DNA of 64,000 bases. Origin: Takakia lepidozioides. Its lineage: Eukaryota; Plantae; Bryophyta. The notes under the pieces were generated by a model. That model made no database searches and had not been told where the DNA came from. It saw only the letters and a list, made by a program, of their open reading frames with translations. This document shows, in pieces, positions 12,501 to 24,834 of the stretch; the first letter of the stretch is position 1; every line of letters starts with the position of its first letter. The position numbers and the translations under genes are program-made. The DNA is taken from positions 19,778,001 to 19,842,000 of the forward strand of contig CM060734.1 of assembly GCA_030704615.1 (NCBI GenBank), read 5' to 3'.

Positions 12501-14415
12501 CAAGTTCAGGGATGTTTATTCCTAACTTATTTTTGTTCAAGCATTATTCATGCTTCGGACGTGGCTTTAGACACTTCAGCCTCCAAGTGAGCTTCATCCA
12601 GCAGGGTCAGTTCTTCCTGCCCAAACTTCAGGTACTTGAAACATCTCCTCTACATTTTTCTGCCATGACTTCAAACTGTTTAACAGGACGGTCTTGCTTC
12701 CAAGAAATAGAGTCTGTCATCTTAGGGTATCTGGTATTAGGAACTGAGCCCACCATCTGACCTTGAACTAACTCATGACTTTGAGAGCTCGAGGGTGGTG
12801 CGCCAAACTCGCCTTGAACAGCCGCATTAGCTATTGTAGAGCATGCTGACATGCTCTCTTTGAGCACCGAAAGCTGAATGGATTTTAAAGTTTTAGGAAT
12901 GGTTGGAGTTGCTCTCCCACACGGCAATGCCTACTCCAAGGTAGGCCAACATGGTCGTTGTAACTTCAGTATTAATCCGTCTGCAGTGGAAACATTTGAG
13001 TGAGAATATCCAAAGTTTGTGTTTAGTTGTTTGACCTGTTTTGTGTATGTTCATCACAGTTACAACTGGAGGAGAACTCCACAGCAAGATATGTGCTGGA
13101 AAGGAGCACACAATTGTGGCATTTAATGATCGTGGGGAGGGATGAGGGGATCTGGCCTAATCTGGCCTACCATGCAGACTTGTGAACTGTTGTCGCTGGC
13201 TGGTTTCAAGTGAGACTGCATGCCTTTTTTTGTCAAGTTGCATTTGTATATGGCTTGTACCAAATGTGGTCATTGTTATAAAAGGGACGATATCAGCGAG
13301 GCAGGGGAAGAGTAGCAGATGTAGCATAGGTAGCTGAATGTAAAGTTTGTCATACTGGTAGTGGGTACCAAGTCCAGTCTATTCAAACAGGTGAACAGAC
13401 CCCTGAGTTTGTGTCACTTATCTTTGTTGTTATGACTTCAAACTACTCTCCAACGAGCTACCTTTTTTGTGTTATAGTGAGGGGGGCAAATGGATCCCAT
13501 TTTTGGAGACCTGGACAGTAACCTATTTTCTAGTGTGCAGAAGAAGGGCCCAACAGTGTGATTGTTGATTGCCAAGGAATTTTGAGTGTCTGTGTTGAAA
13601 ATGTTTGGTTTCTCTTGCTGCCATGTTAGTCCTTGAAGAATTTACATTTTACTATCCTCTGATTCCATCTGCTTGCCTGCATATGTTGTCGCATTTGTGG
13701 GGCTACTATTCAACAAGTTTCAGCTGTTTGTGTAGCTGATTTGCGGGATGGCAGGTGGCCTGCGGCTCTCCCTCACGCTACCTCCCACCACATCTTGCAA
13801 AAGCATTACAGGTGTGGCACCCCCTTAGCTTTTGTGCAATCTGGTGTTCCCTACTCATATTTTCACTTTTATTGCGTACCTCATAGCCTAGGTGGGGTAG
13901 AGGGGTAGAGTAGTCTCTTGTTGTTGTAGCACGTGACAACCCAGCTCATCCTTGCGTACCTAATTACCTAAACTGAACCATGACGCTAGATTGAAGGAAC
14001 TTGTCCCTTCTGTCAATCATTGGTTGGGATTGAAGAGGAATATGGCAATGCATATCATCAATATGTGAATGTTGATTCTCTGAAACTTCACCATGTGGGG
14101 GAATATAGAATTTGGAAACGTGTGGAAAGCAGGTTTGTCATCTATGTGGATCACTTGCACTTCTTGAAGGCTGCACTTGCGTTAACCAGAGACGATCCAG
14201 ACTTGGCCTCTGATTGGAAAGGTAATTTCATGTCAGAATTAGGTAGTATGGTTGTCATGAAGCTGGAAATGTCGGTAGGGTGTTGGTTTGTAGCTCCATC
14301 CTTGCCCCCTCATGTTGCTGTCTCCGTACATAACCAACCTAGAGTTGTAAAAAACTAGTTTAATGGGAATGTGGGGCTGGGAGTATGTAGGGCACTCAGG
14401 AAGCGGTTCAAAACA

Positions 14416-17400
14416 ATGGTGCAGTCGGGGAGTAAGTTACAGAATTCACCTACGAATGGGAAGAGTTCCAATGCAGCATCTGAAGATACTATGGGCGAAA
14501 GAGGGGGGCACAAATAAGTAGATTACTTCAGGGATGTCCTCAAGCTGAATGCGACAGGCAAGAATCCCAAACAACTTCTCTTAGACAAAGACATCACCAA
14601 AGAACAATGTGCAAAGTTGTTTGGACAACCTGCAAACAAGAATGGCTTCTTTTACATGGGTTGTACTGACAAGAGTATGATTCCCAAAATCGAGGACCTG
14701 TGGAGTAAGGTTCATGGGTATGATTGTAAGCCAACCGGTGGTATCATTGCAAACTTGATGGCAAGGGGCATTGTCTATGAAAAAAGGACTGGACAAAAAC
14801 TCAATTGGGCAGCATACGCGGCATGGACAGCTAAGCAACAAGAAAGAATGAAGGAGCATCGAGAAGCAAAGGACCCTGGCAGCACAGACAGTAAGCCAAA
14901 GCTAGGATTTTGTGAATTGAAAGACAGGCTACGCAAAACCCCAGGTAGAGGCAAAGAAGGACTGAAACAAACGCCTGAGCAAGTGATTGCAGAGATGGAA
15001 AGGAAAAAACATGAGCAAGAGTATGTGACAACTGCCCTAGCGAGTCTTCAGGAACTACATGATTTGAAGTATGAGGAGTATGTGGGGCAAAGGAAGAGTT
15101 GGAGAGGTTAAAGAAAGGGAAGTTGGACTTGATGGAGAAGACGCGGACTGTTCGGGTGCAAATGGAAGACAGACAATGGTGTCTTGCAGAGTGTCGGAAC
15201 AAGATTGCAGACCTAGAGGCCAAACTCTCCCACGAGGGTGCCACAATCCGAGCCGGGGAAGAGACCTTAATGCAAAAAGGGGAAGAGAGTGTTGGGTTAC
15301 TGAATTGTGGAAAGGGAAGACAGTCTGAGATGCAAAGGGAACTTGACCAGAAGAAATCAATTGAAGCAGAATTTTGGCTCAATGCTGATAAGACCGAAAA
15401 AGAGTTCAATGCTTTGTGTGATGCAGGGGACCAGGAAGACAGGGACATTAGAGTGGCAGAGAATGTGGTCGATGTTGCTGACACAGAGAGGAGTCTTATC
15501 CAAGATCAGATTGAGGCCTTGACAAATGGGGACAAAGGACTCGCCATCTATCTTATGCCTATATGTCATCCTCAAGTGATCAAAGATAGTACGTCCATCA
15601 AGGATTTCCTGAAGGTCTCTCCTTGCCCTGTTCGCCACAAAGGTTTCCACTGTTGGGACATGGTGGTGGCATCTTGTAAGCACACTTACCATCCTGCTTG
15701 TATGGCATCCCATATGAAGACTTCAATCAGGTGTAGGGACTTCAGCTGTTCAGAGATCATGCATCCTGATTGGTGTTCTAGTTTTGGGTTTAGGATTCTT
15801 GACCCAGAGGTGCAGGCACTTGCGGAAAAGCTGAGAGTGGTTGAGCTGCGCCAAAGGTGGATGTCAAAGCAACTTCACGAAGCCAGGGTTAGAAACACCC
15901 AAGTTCTAGGTAAGATTGATTGCAACATTTCCATGTTTTCTTCTTCGGAAAACTTGTGTGGTCCAAGGTTGTACCTCTTCATGTCCAATCCTCAGGACTG
16001 TAGTCCCAAGATTGGACCTTCAACCCCTTCAACTGACTATGAGTCTGAATGTGGGACTGCAAATGTTATTATTTGTCCTTTTAGTGGAGTGAATCCTTAC
16101 TGGGGAGTCCTTATTGAGGAGTGTCATTCTTAACTAGAATTCTGAGTCTTCAGTCATGTGGAGTGTGAGTCCAAGTGCTGACTCATGTGGAGTATGAGTC
16201 AATGTGTTTAGTCATGGGGAGTGTGAGTCCACTTACTGACTAATTACTGGGAGTATGAGAACTTAATGATTTCCACTGATTTCCAGTTTGGAATCAGAGT
16301 CCTGTGGAGGGTCAGTCCATGTGCTTAATCATGTGGAGTGTGAGTCCAACTGCAAAATAATGGATGTGGAATGCGAGTCCTTATTGAGGAGCTTGCTTCT
16401 CAACTTGGAATCTGAGTCATGGCCCAGATGGAGTGTGAGTCCTAATTAGGGAGTGTGAATCTTGCTTGTAGTCCCACCATCAGCTGCATAGAACTTGGAA
16501 GTCTAATATGGGGGACAAAAAGTCCATTATGATGGACTGTGCACTCCCCACATAATTATTGTAGTCCAACTGTTGGGACTTCGGCCAATGGTAAGGACTA
16601 CAATGACTTGTCTGGATTCAAATTACAGTTAATGTTATATTGGTAGACAGTAGGCACCAAGTGATAATTCAGCCTTCTCAAACCAGTTGTAATGGTGTAG
16701 GTGTGATAGCAGATGATGGCTTCATTGATGCCAACAAACGAAGACCAGGACCTCCATCTCAGGCCACCACCAACTATAGCGCATTCACCACCAACTACAG
16801 TGGAGGCCAAAGTGGACATGGTGGTAGTGTTGTGAACCAAAACTTCCCTCGAACTCCAAGCTCGTCAACTCTTCAAATGTCACCTTTGGGGCTGTCGCGG
16901 CCGGGGATCGTTGCACCAATTGTTGGTGATCCGTTGAACCCTGAGGTTGATGTCACACCTAATACCATCATGCAAGAGGTTTCAGCTTCAGGAAAGGGTT
17001 ATGTCAAGAAGTTCCTCATTCCTGGTTCTCCACCAAAAAAGATTCCTGGATCTCCACTGCAGGCTGCATTTGTTCCAGAGATTGTCACGACACATACGCT
17101 ACAAAGTACACATGAAGATGTTGTGGACTTGACAATCCCATCCACTGTTGTTCCTCCTTATGTGGATGTGAAGGTTGAAAGAGATGGTACCCAAAATATT
17201 GGACATGTGGCAACCCTCTCATCAGACTCAAAATTGGGGTCACAGGGATTTGAAACTGATGCTGGGGCCGACTCCCAATCTGATTCTGATACAGTTGTGT
17301 TGCACAGTACCATAGGTGGAGGCCCCTCACAAGTTTCAGATCCTATATTTCATGTCACTCCACCAGTTGCTACCTCCCTTGTTGCTCCGCCAATATCCAT

Positions 17401-17867
17401 TCCCGCAGTTCCAGCTCAATTGGATGGTGGTTCTCCATTACCTATGGTAGTATATGTACCTCATGCCTTAGCGACAACCCCTCCTGTTCTTGGACCAGTG
17501 TTGAACCCCCCAGCTGCAGCCCTTGTCAGTCCACATGTTCAGGCAACAGGGAAGCGTAAACGAGAACGAAAGAGATCTCGCAAGGCATTGAGTGCAGAGT
17601 ATGCAAAGAAGCCCACCACTAGGGCGGATTCTAAGGTATCAATTGACAAGGATATGGACAAGTGCCCAGGTGAAAGTACCCCCTCATCAAAGAGAGTTGT
17701 CGTGCACAAGCCCTTGGATACGAATGAAGACAACGATCTGAGCCAACCATGATAAGAGTAACTCAATCCCACGGGACGGTGTTGTGAAGGCCGCTCGGGG
17801 CCCTGTTGTGAAGTCACTGAACACCGTGAAGACTCCTCCCAACTTGACCACTCGGGGGCCTGTTGTC
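14416..17867 (+). pseudogene. Coiled-coil + RING-like Zn finger + Ser/Pro-rich protein, interrupted by copy-2 insertion at 17868
   Basis: ORFs 14617-15111, 15099-15909 (CPV..CKHTYHPAC..CRDFSC..HPDW..FGF; donor GTAAG 15910) and 16640-17752. Repeat peptide GPVVKSLNTVKTPPNL continues on the minus strand at 43800-43694. Contains stops and frameshifts. Confidence 0.65.
16085..16460. repeat. Degenerate ~30-bp tandem repeat (GTCATGTGGAGTGTGAGTCC core), probably intronic
   Basis: Repeated TGGAGTGTGAGTC motifs. Confidence 0.75.
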
Positions 17868-18542
17868 GAGGTTTGCTATTTCATGAGCATGAGCGGCATG
17901 AGCGGCATGAGCAGAGTAGTAACACAATCGGTTTTCATGAGCAGAAGTACAAATTTCGAAAATAAAAAACAATAAAAAACAATAATTTAATGCAATGTGT
18001 CAGAAAAAACAAATATATTATTCGGCCCCTTGAAGGGAAAATTGCACTTTTGACAGTTGTGCTCATGATATTTCGTCTTCCGCTCATGCCAATTCCCAGC
18101 GACATGTGCAAATATGGCGCCGAATTTCGCGGTAATAGGGTCCGTAACCTGAAAAAACGGCGACGTATTTCGCGGCAATAGGTCTCTCTGGCGAAAAATG
18201 GTGCCGAATTCCGCGGCTATAGGTCCCCTCATGACAGGTAATTCGGCGCCATTTTTCCAGTGCATGTTCGGACTTAGCCAGTTTTCGGCCCAAAAAAGAG
18301 AAATTCGGCGCCATTTTTCCAGACACGGTACCAGTGCATGTTGGGACTTAGCGAGTTTTCGGCCCCAAAAAGAGCCATTTTTCCAGAAATGGCCCCACAA
18401 CTGCTTCTGTTGGATCTCAGTTTGAATGGAATGTTGCCTCATTCCAGGAGTTTTGGGGTGCATTTCATTACACTGCAAAAAAAAAGTCTGATACAGCAAA
18501 ATGCATTTGAAAATATCCATATGGAGGATTCCGTTTGCCCCA

Positions 18543-21500
18543 TCAATGATTTCTGGAATCCCTAAGGAGGAGTTTGTGCAGCTCGTTCACGCTCAACGCC
18601 GGTGCATGAATAAAGTCATCAATAGTCACGTTCATCCTCAACCTCTTCAGGTAAATGTAATACAGATGCTTGCACGGATAATACTTCGAACCCTTCTTTG
18701 CTTCCATCAACGAGAAGTCCGTACAGTTGCAAGTCGGCTCCACTCCAATCGTAATTGTGTATACATCGTCGCGTACAGCCGAGCCGGCCGTTGCCATCCG
18801 ATACACACGCCCAAGGCCGGGTGGGGGTACGTCCACGGAGCTCTGAATAGTGCAAGCCATCCCAAGAGCATTGGCAATCCGAGTCTCATTCAACTTGTTG
18901 GGAGGGTGTCGTCTCTTCACTCTTCCGAATCGCATTGTGGGATGTGCAGAATTGTCCAATCCGTCTCTACTGGACCGAGCAGTCTGCAATGGCTGGGTCT
19001 GAGGAACCGGAAATGCGTGGGCCGGGATGTCTGTGCGTTGCACCATTCGAAATCCTGCTGCAGATAGAGCATCCGCCTCATTCTGAGAGAGGCTGCAACC
19101 CGGTGCAACAGGCCAGACGCCCGGAGGCTCCGGCATTCCCTGAATCCCGTACTTGGGCTTGCCAAATACACAGGTCATTATGTCGTGCCTACAGAACCAA
19201 AATGTCTGCGTTGTGGCGTGAACAAATGTGGGAGTCAAAAATCTGCCGCTGAAACAAGGTGCAGGTACAGCACCGTGTGGGTTCCTCTGAATCATCTCAC
19301 CACAGCGTGCTCTCGTATCCACCCGGATGGCGCAACACTTCCCTCGAAATGCCGGCAATGTCCTCGCAATTCTCCACTGTGACTCCGACACTCTTGTCTC
19401 CACAATGGGAATGTTGTATTGCTTTACTACAGATGGCTCGTTATGTTGCCGGGGCACGCGCCCTGTGCTCAAAGGAGATGGCGATCTTGAACGTGCAGGA
19501 CTTCCGGTGCTCGACGAGACCTCCTCGGACAACATCACCGGACCACGAGGGAGCGTGCGAATATTCTTGTCAGCTCGCCATGAATCCTCTTCTCCGCCAG
19601 GTGCCTCGTCAAGTCTTCGTCTCACTGGACGGGTATGAACATCTCCTTCCAAATGTTGGCCTCTTCGCAGCAATGGCGTGTCCTGAAGGCCCTCTCGCAA
19701 GGCCGCCGCCCACTTCCGAGGATTCTTCGATCTGGAGGCAGTCCGCATCAGCATTTCCTGCCTGTCCGGCCCCAAGCCCCACTGTTTCCCTTTCAAGAAC
19801 TCGTTGTACCTGCATTGCTGCATAATTGACCTCACAATGTCCTCCGTTGTGGCAGTGAGGATGTCCACCAGATGCGCCGCAGAGGAGGCACGCCAGGAAG
19901 AGTGCACTGATTCGGCCATGTTTGTCGTGGGCATGTCGGTGTCGGAGTCGAGACACATTTCCTGCACAAGCACATGTTCAGGTTACAAGCAAGTTACAAA
20001 TATGGCCAAGAATAATATCCAACGGGACGCGAATTCGTGCAACTCACCTCCCGCATATAGTCGCCGAACTGGAGGAAACGATAATGCCACCATGCTAGCC
20101 AACTGACCATTGCTCCTTCGTCTGATTTCCTTACAGCACCTGACGATGTCCACCAAGCCCGTATGCATGCAAACTGTGTCTCTGCATCATCCAAGGTGGG
20201 AGCGCGCTTCCACGCAAGGCACATGGAACGGTGCTCCTCTCTGAAATCTGGCGCCACGAGCCTGGTTGTGTACTGCAAAAGGCTCTGCAGAAAATGGAAC
20301 CCACAAGATCTCTCCTTGCCTTCCATGGGAACATTGGGGTCTTGCCCGTACACCCTTCGGATGGCAGCCCAATTTGCTTGTGCGTTGTCCGCCATGAAAC
20401 CACGGAAATTGGGAGGGGGCAATCCCGCCTTGGCCATCTGTTCGTTTATTCCCTGCCAAAGAAGCATCTCCGATTGTGTGTCCTCTCCTTTCATCTCACA
20501 AATAGCAATTGTCATTAGCATCCTGCAGTGGGTGTCGTAGACATGTGCACCCATTGTCACCCACTGGTGATTTGTAATTCGCTTGATATGGTCGAACATG
20601 ACCCAACTGTTTGACAAGTTCCCACTCGTCATCCTGTCGACCAGTTCGACGCCACTGCCAGGTCCACACGTGGACATTTTGAATACGAAACAACGATCTG
20701 CCTCAGTCCCTTGTCCTGGAAACCTACTTCCATGAATGTAGTCATATCCACATCGTCGCTTCACCTCCAGAATGGAGTGCATATCCGAGCCACGCCCAAT
20801 TTTCTGTTTGCATGAGACAATGTGGTTTCGGACATTCGGTGAACATACGTGGGACACCGACTCCAGCAATGCCTCCATTTCCTTCTCGTCGAGAGGAACT
20901 CTATCGGAGCCGTCTTCCGACATAATTCTGGCCAATGCCATCTTATGGGCGGCTTGGAGCTGTATCTGTTTGGGTTTGGCACCCGGTCTCAACTTAACCT
21001 CCTCCTGAACGAGCTGCTCTGCATCGTGGGCAGCCTCCCGCGAGTTCCCCCTCGCCAATTTGTGACAATGGGAACCAACGTGTATGCAAGCTCGGGTGAG
21101 GTCAGGGAAACGGTGCAACACATAGAACTGCTTGGCATTACAAACAGACATGCAGTGTGGTGGTTCTTTGCAATGCACACACTTAAATGTGGAGTTCGGA
21201 ACCTTCTCCTGAGCTCGAAATGGTTGATGAGCTGTGCCTGTCCAATCGGTCTCGTTCTTGTGACCTCTGGATTTAAAGTGGAAGCAAGTTGGGGAGAAAC
21301 ACCGCAACGCGACCGCACAAACAACGTAGCGCACCCGCACACCATCAAGCATCTTCATGCTGGTGATTTTGGTAACGCACCAAGGATGACCGTCATGTTT
21401 TCTATCCATATCTGTCAACATTCCGGACGCCCTCGAGTAGTCCGCCCGAGGAGGGAACTCAAAGAAGATATTACTGTCGACGTCGGCGGGAAGGCATGTA

Positions 21501-22135
21501 ACCAATTTAATTGCAAACTTGCTGTAGTCCAGCCCGGCCAGCTCCGACCGGTGTCCCTCCAGGTGAAGCCCTCGAAGAATTTCAAGAATAGATCGAACTG
21601 CGGTGCTCGTGCTGGGAATATGACTCCCTCCTCCACTGACGTCCATTGAGGACTTGCCTGATCTCCAGGACGACCTCGGAACTTACATGACCTCATCTGC
21701 GTCGGACAGGTTGTGAACAACCCGGTTCTCGCTCGTCTTCATGGATGGGTTCGGCTCTGGATTTACTTCGTTGCGGACTTCTCTCTTTGAGGTAGCCACT
21801 CTCTGATTCGCGGATTGTTTCGTGGAAGGCGCCAGGATAGAAGGTGCATTTGGCGGGCAAATGAAGTCACCAACAGCCCTGTATATGACGCTGTCCGATG
21901 GTGGAACTCGCCATTCCCTGCCATCGCCGAAATCATCGTGGAGCACAACAATACTCTCGACAACAAGGCCATTTGAGTCCTTCCTTTCCTCCTCCAAAAA
22001 AACCGACCCCGGTTTCAGGTGGTATCGAACGCACAGATATTTCTCCATCACCCGGCAGATGTCCCCTCTGCACGGAAATGAAGCTCTATGCTCGTGAGGA
22101 GGGCAGTACACTGTAGCGCTCGGGTTTTCCGCCAT
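18543..22135 (-). pseudogene. GCM-like/MULE DDE/SWIM transposase (~1170 aa), near intact, one nonsense codon
   Basis: ATG 22135. In-frame TAA at 21683-21685 where copy 1 has Glu. Intron 19962-20047 at the same position as in copy 1. Motifs WVMFDH, FMADNAQANW, CGFHFLQ, TTNMAESVH, CNC..CKH. Confidence 0.88.
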
Positions 22136-22441
22136 GGAAGATATGCACACAAGACTGCCAGGATGGCGTGCGGGGAAGCTCCCTGGTAGAAGGGGGATGC
22201 AGCGATGGGAAGGAATGCAGTGCCGATTTGTCCGAGCGACGAAGCCTGATCCAAATCCAGGGAGCCAACTATCTCAAAAATCCACAGTCAGAGTGTTAAT
22301 GAACCTTGTCTCCGGAATGCGGCCCCTGGTCTTTGCGCAATAACTGCCAACGGTATGCAGTCAGAAAGTGGGGGGCCGTCCGGATGATGTCGGCTGAAGG
22401 GGAGAAGCCGGCACCGTGCCGTCACATTACTACCCCCAAAT

Positions 22442-24634
22442 GGAAATTCGGCGCCCAATATCCAACAGGGGCCGCACGGATGAAGTCGTCTGGGGTAGAG
22501 ATGCCGGCACCTGTCCGACAGAGAACATCCCCCGGATGGAAATTCAGCGCCGAATTTCCATTCGGATCCCCCCAAAGGAAGTCCTGTCGGGGGTCAGGTC
22601 GAAAACTGGCCGACATAAAAACCTCCGCGGATGCAAAAACGGCGCCGAATTTCCAACAGCGGAAGCCCGGATGAAGTCGACTCGGGCGCAGAGGCCGGAG
22701 TGTGTGCGACAGAGAACATCCCCTGGATGGAGATTCGGCGCCGAATTTCCATCCGGGCCCCCCAAAGGGAGTCGTGTCGGGGGGTCAGGCCGAAAACTGG
22801 ACGGCATAAAAACATCCCCAGATGGAAAAACGGCGCCGAATTTCCATCCGGGGCGGTTCGGATGCAGTCGGGGAGGGGGGAGTGGCCTGCACTTGGCCGT
22901 CACATTTCAACCCCCGGACGGAAATTCGGCACCGAATATCGAACAGGGGACGCCCGGATGAAGTCGCCTCGGGCGTAGAGGCCGGCGAGTGTGCGACAGA
23001 GAACATCCCCTGGACGGAGATTCGGCGCCGAATTTCCATCCGGGCCCCCCCAAAGGAAGTCTTGTCGGGGGGTCAGACCGAAAACTGGCCGACATAAAAA
23101 CCTCCACAGATGGGAAAACGGCGCCGAATTTCAATTCGGGGCCGTTCCAATGCAGTCGGGGAGAAGGGAGAGGTCGGCACCTGGCCGTCATATTTCAACC
23201 CCCGGGACGGAAATTCGGCACCGAATATCCAACAGAGCGGCGGAGAGGCAGCACCTCTCCGACAGAGACCATCCCCCGGATGGAAATTCGGCGCCGAATT
23301 TCCATCCAGCAGGTAAGTGGAATCCCGGATGGATGGAGATTCGGCGCCGAATTTCCATCCTGCAGGTAATTCGAATACCGGATGGATGGAGATTCGGCGC
23401 CGAATTTCCATCCAGCAGGTAAGTGGAATCCCGGATGGATGGAGATTCGGCGCCGAATTTCAATCCTGCAGGTAATTCGAATCCCGGATGAATGGAAATT
23501 CGGCGCCGAATTTCCATCCAGCAGGTAAGTGGAATCTCGGATGGATGGAGATTCGGCGCCGAATTTCCATCCAGCAGGTAAGTCCGATCGGTGCCGTATG
23601 GATATTCGGCGCCGAATTTCCATTCGCCATGTATTTCTGCGCGAGGAATTACCTTCGTGCAGGTAATTCCCATATAAGAATTACCTTCCTGCAGGTAATT
23701 CCCAGATGAGAATTACCTTCCTGCAGGTAATTCCAATCGATGTTAATTCCTCGTCCATAATTACCTACACGAAGGTAATTCTCATCTGGGAATTACCTGC
23801 AGGAAGGTAATTCTTATATGGGAATTACCTGCACGAAGGTAATTCCTCGCGCAGAAATACATGGCGAATGGAAATTCGGCGCCGAATATCCATACGGCAC
23901 CGATCCGACTTACCTGCTGGATGGAAATTCGGCGCCGAATTTCCATTCATCCGGTATTCGAATTACCTGCAGGACGGAAATTCGGCGCCGAATCTCCATC
24001 CATCCGAGATTCCACTTACCTGCTGGATGGAAATTCGGCGCCGAATTTCCATTCATCCGGGATTCGAATTACCTGCAGGATGGAAATTCGGCGCCGGATT
24101 TCCATCCGCGCGCTTCGGAATTACCTGCGTGAGGGAAATTTCCAGCGCCGCCCTACCTCCGCGGATGGAAATTCGGCGCCGGATTTCCATCCGCGCGCTT
24201 CCGAATTACCTGCGTGAGGGAAATTTCCAGCGCCGCCCTACCTCCGCGGATGGAAATTCGGCGCCGGATTTCCATCCGCGCGCTTCCGAATTACCTGCGT
24301 GAGGGAAATTTGGCGCACCGCCCTACCTCCGCGGATGGAAATTCGGCGCCGGATTTCCATCTGCGGGCTTCCGAATTACCTGCGTGAGGGAAATTTCCAG
24401 CGCCGCCCTACCTCCGCGGATGGAAATTCGGCGCCGGATTTCCATCCGCGGGCTTCCGAATTACCTGCGTGAGGGAAATTTCCACCGCCGCCCTTCCTCC
24501 GCGGATGGAAATTCGGCCCTGGATATCCATCCTGCTGCTCTCCGAATTACCTGCAGGATGGAAATCCGTCGCCGGAATTCCATCGTGCAGCGCTCCGAAT
24601 TACCTCTACGTTGGAAATTCCGGGACTGTTTACG
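22442..24634. repeat. Palindrome array GGAAATTCGGCGCCGAATTTCC with ~96-, 53- and 85-bp periods and a central inverted repeat
   Basis: Starts 22442, 22538, 22633, 22729, 22824, 22920, 23016, 23112, 23209; 23282-23600 at 53 bp; 23870-24082 at 53 bp; 24167-24507 at 85 bp; then 24560, 24613. Confidence 0.95.
23545..23946. repeat. Long near-perfect inverted repeat (~190-bp arms, ~26-bp loop) containing six AATTACCT-N6-AGGTAATT palindromes
   Basis: Arms ~23545-23732 and 23759-~23946. Second palindrome type at 23647, 23679, 23711 and 23759, 23791, 23823. Confidence 0.9.
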
Positions 24635-24834
24635 TCGATTTTCATCCGACATGGAGGGCTTCATCCGACATTTAATTGCGCAGTTGGGCAATAAATGTCG
24701 ACGGCCGTCGGTTATTATTCGGGCTGGCGACGCATGGCTTCCTGGACACGTACCCTAAATCTCATGCTAAACTTGGCTTAACATGGTATTCCAGGCATGT
24801 ACCCCAAAAAAGGAGATCTTTTTGGTTGGGACTT

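Noticed and set aside
9100-17945. A single TIR element spanning 9.1-17.9 kb
   Set aside because: The inverted sequences are the outer ends of two different elements. The TSD and ORF continuity pair 17868 with 43801.
22288-24758. Many ORFs with MEIRRRISI / GNSAPNF / WKFGAEF repeats (also 2665-4505 and 46482-47494)
   Set aside because: Translation by-products of palindromic repeats, open on both strands.
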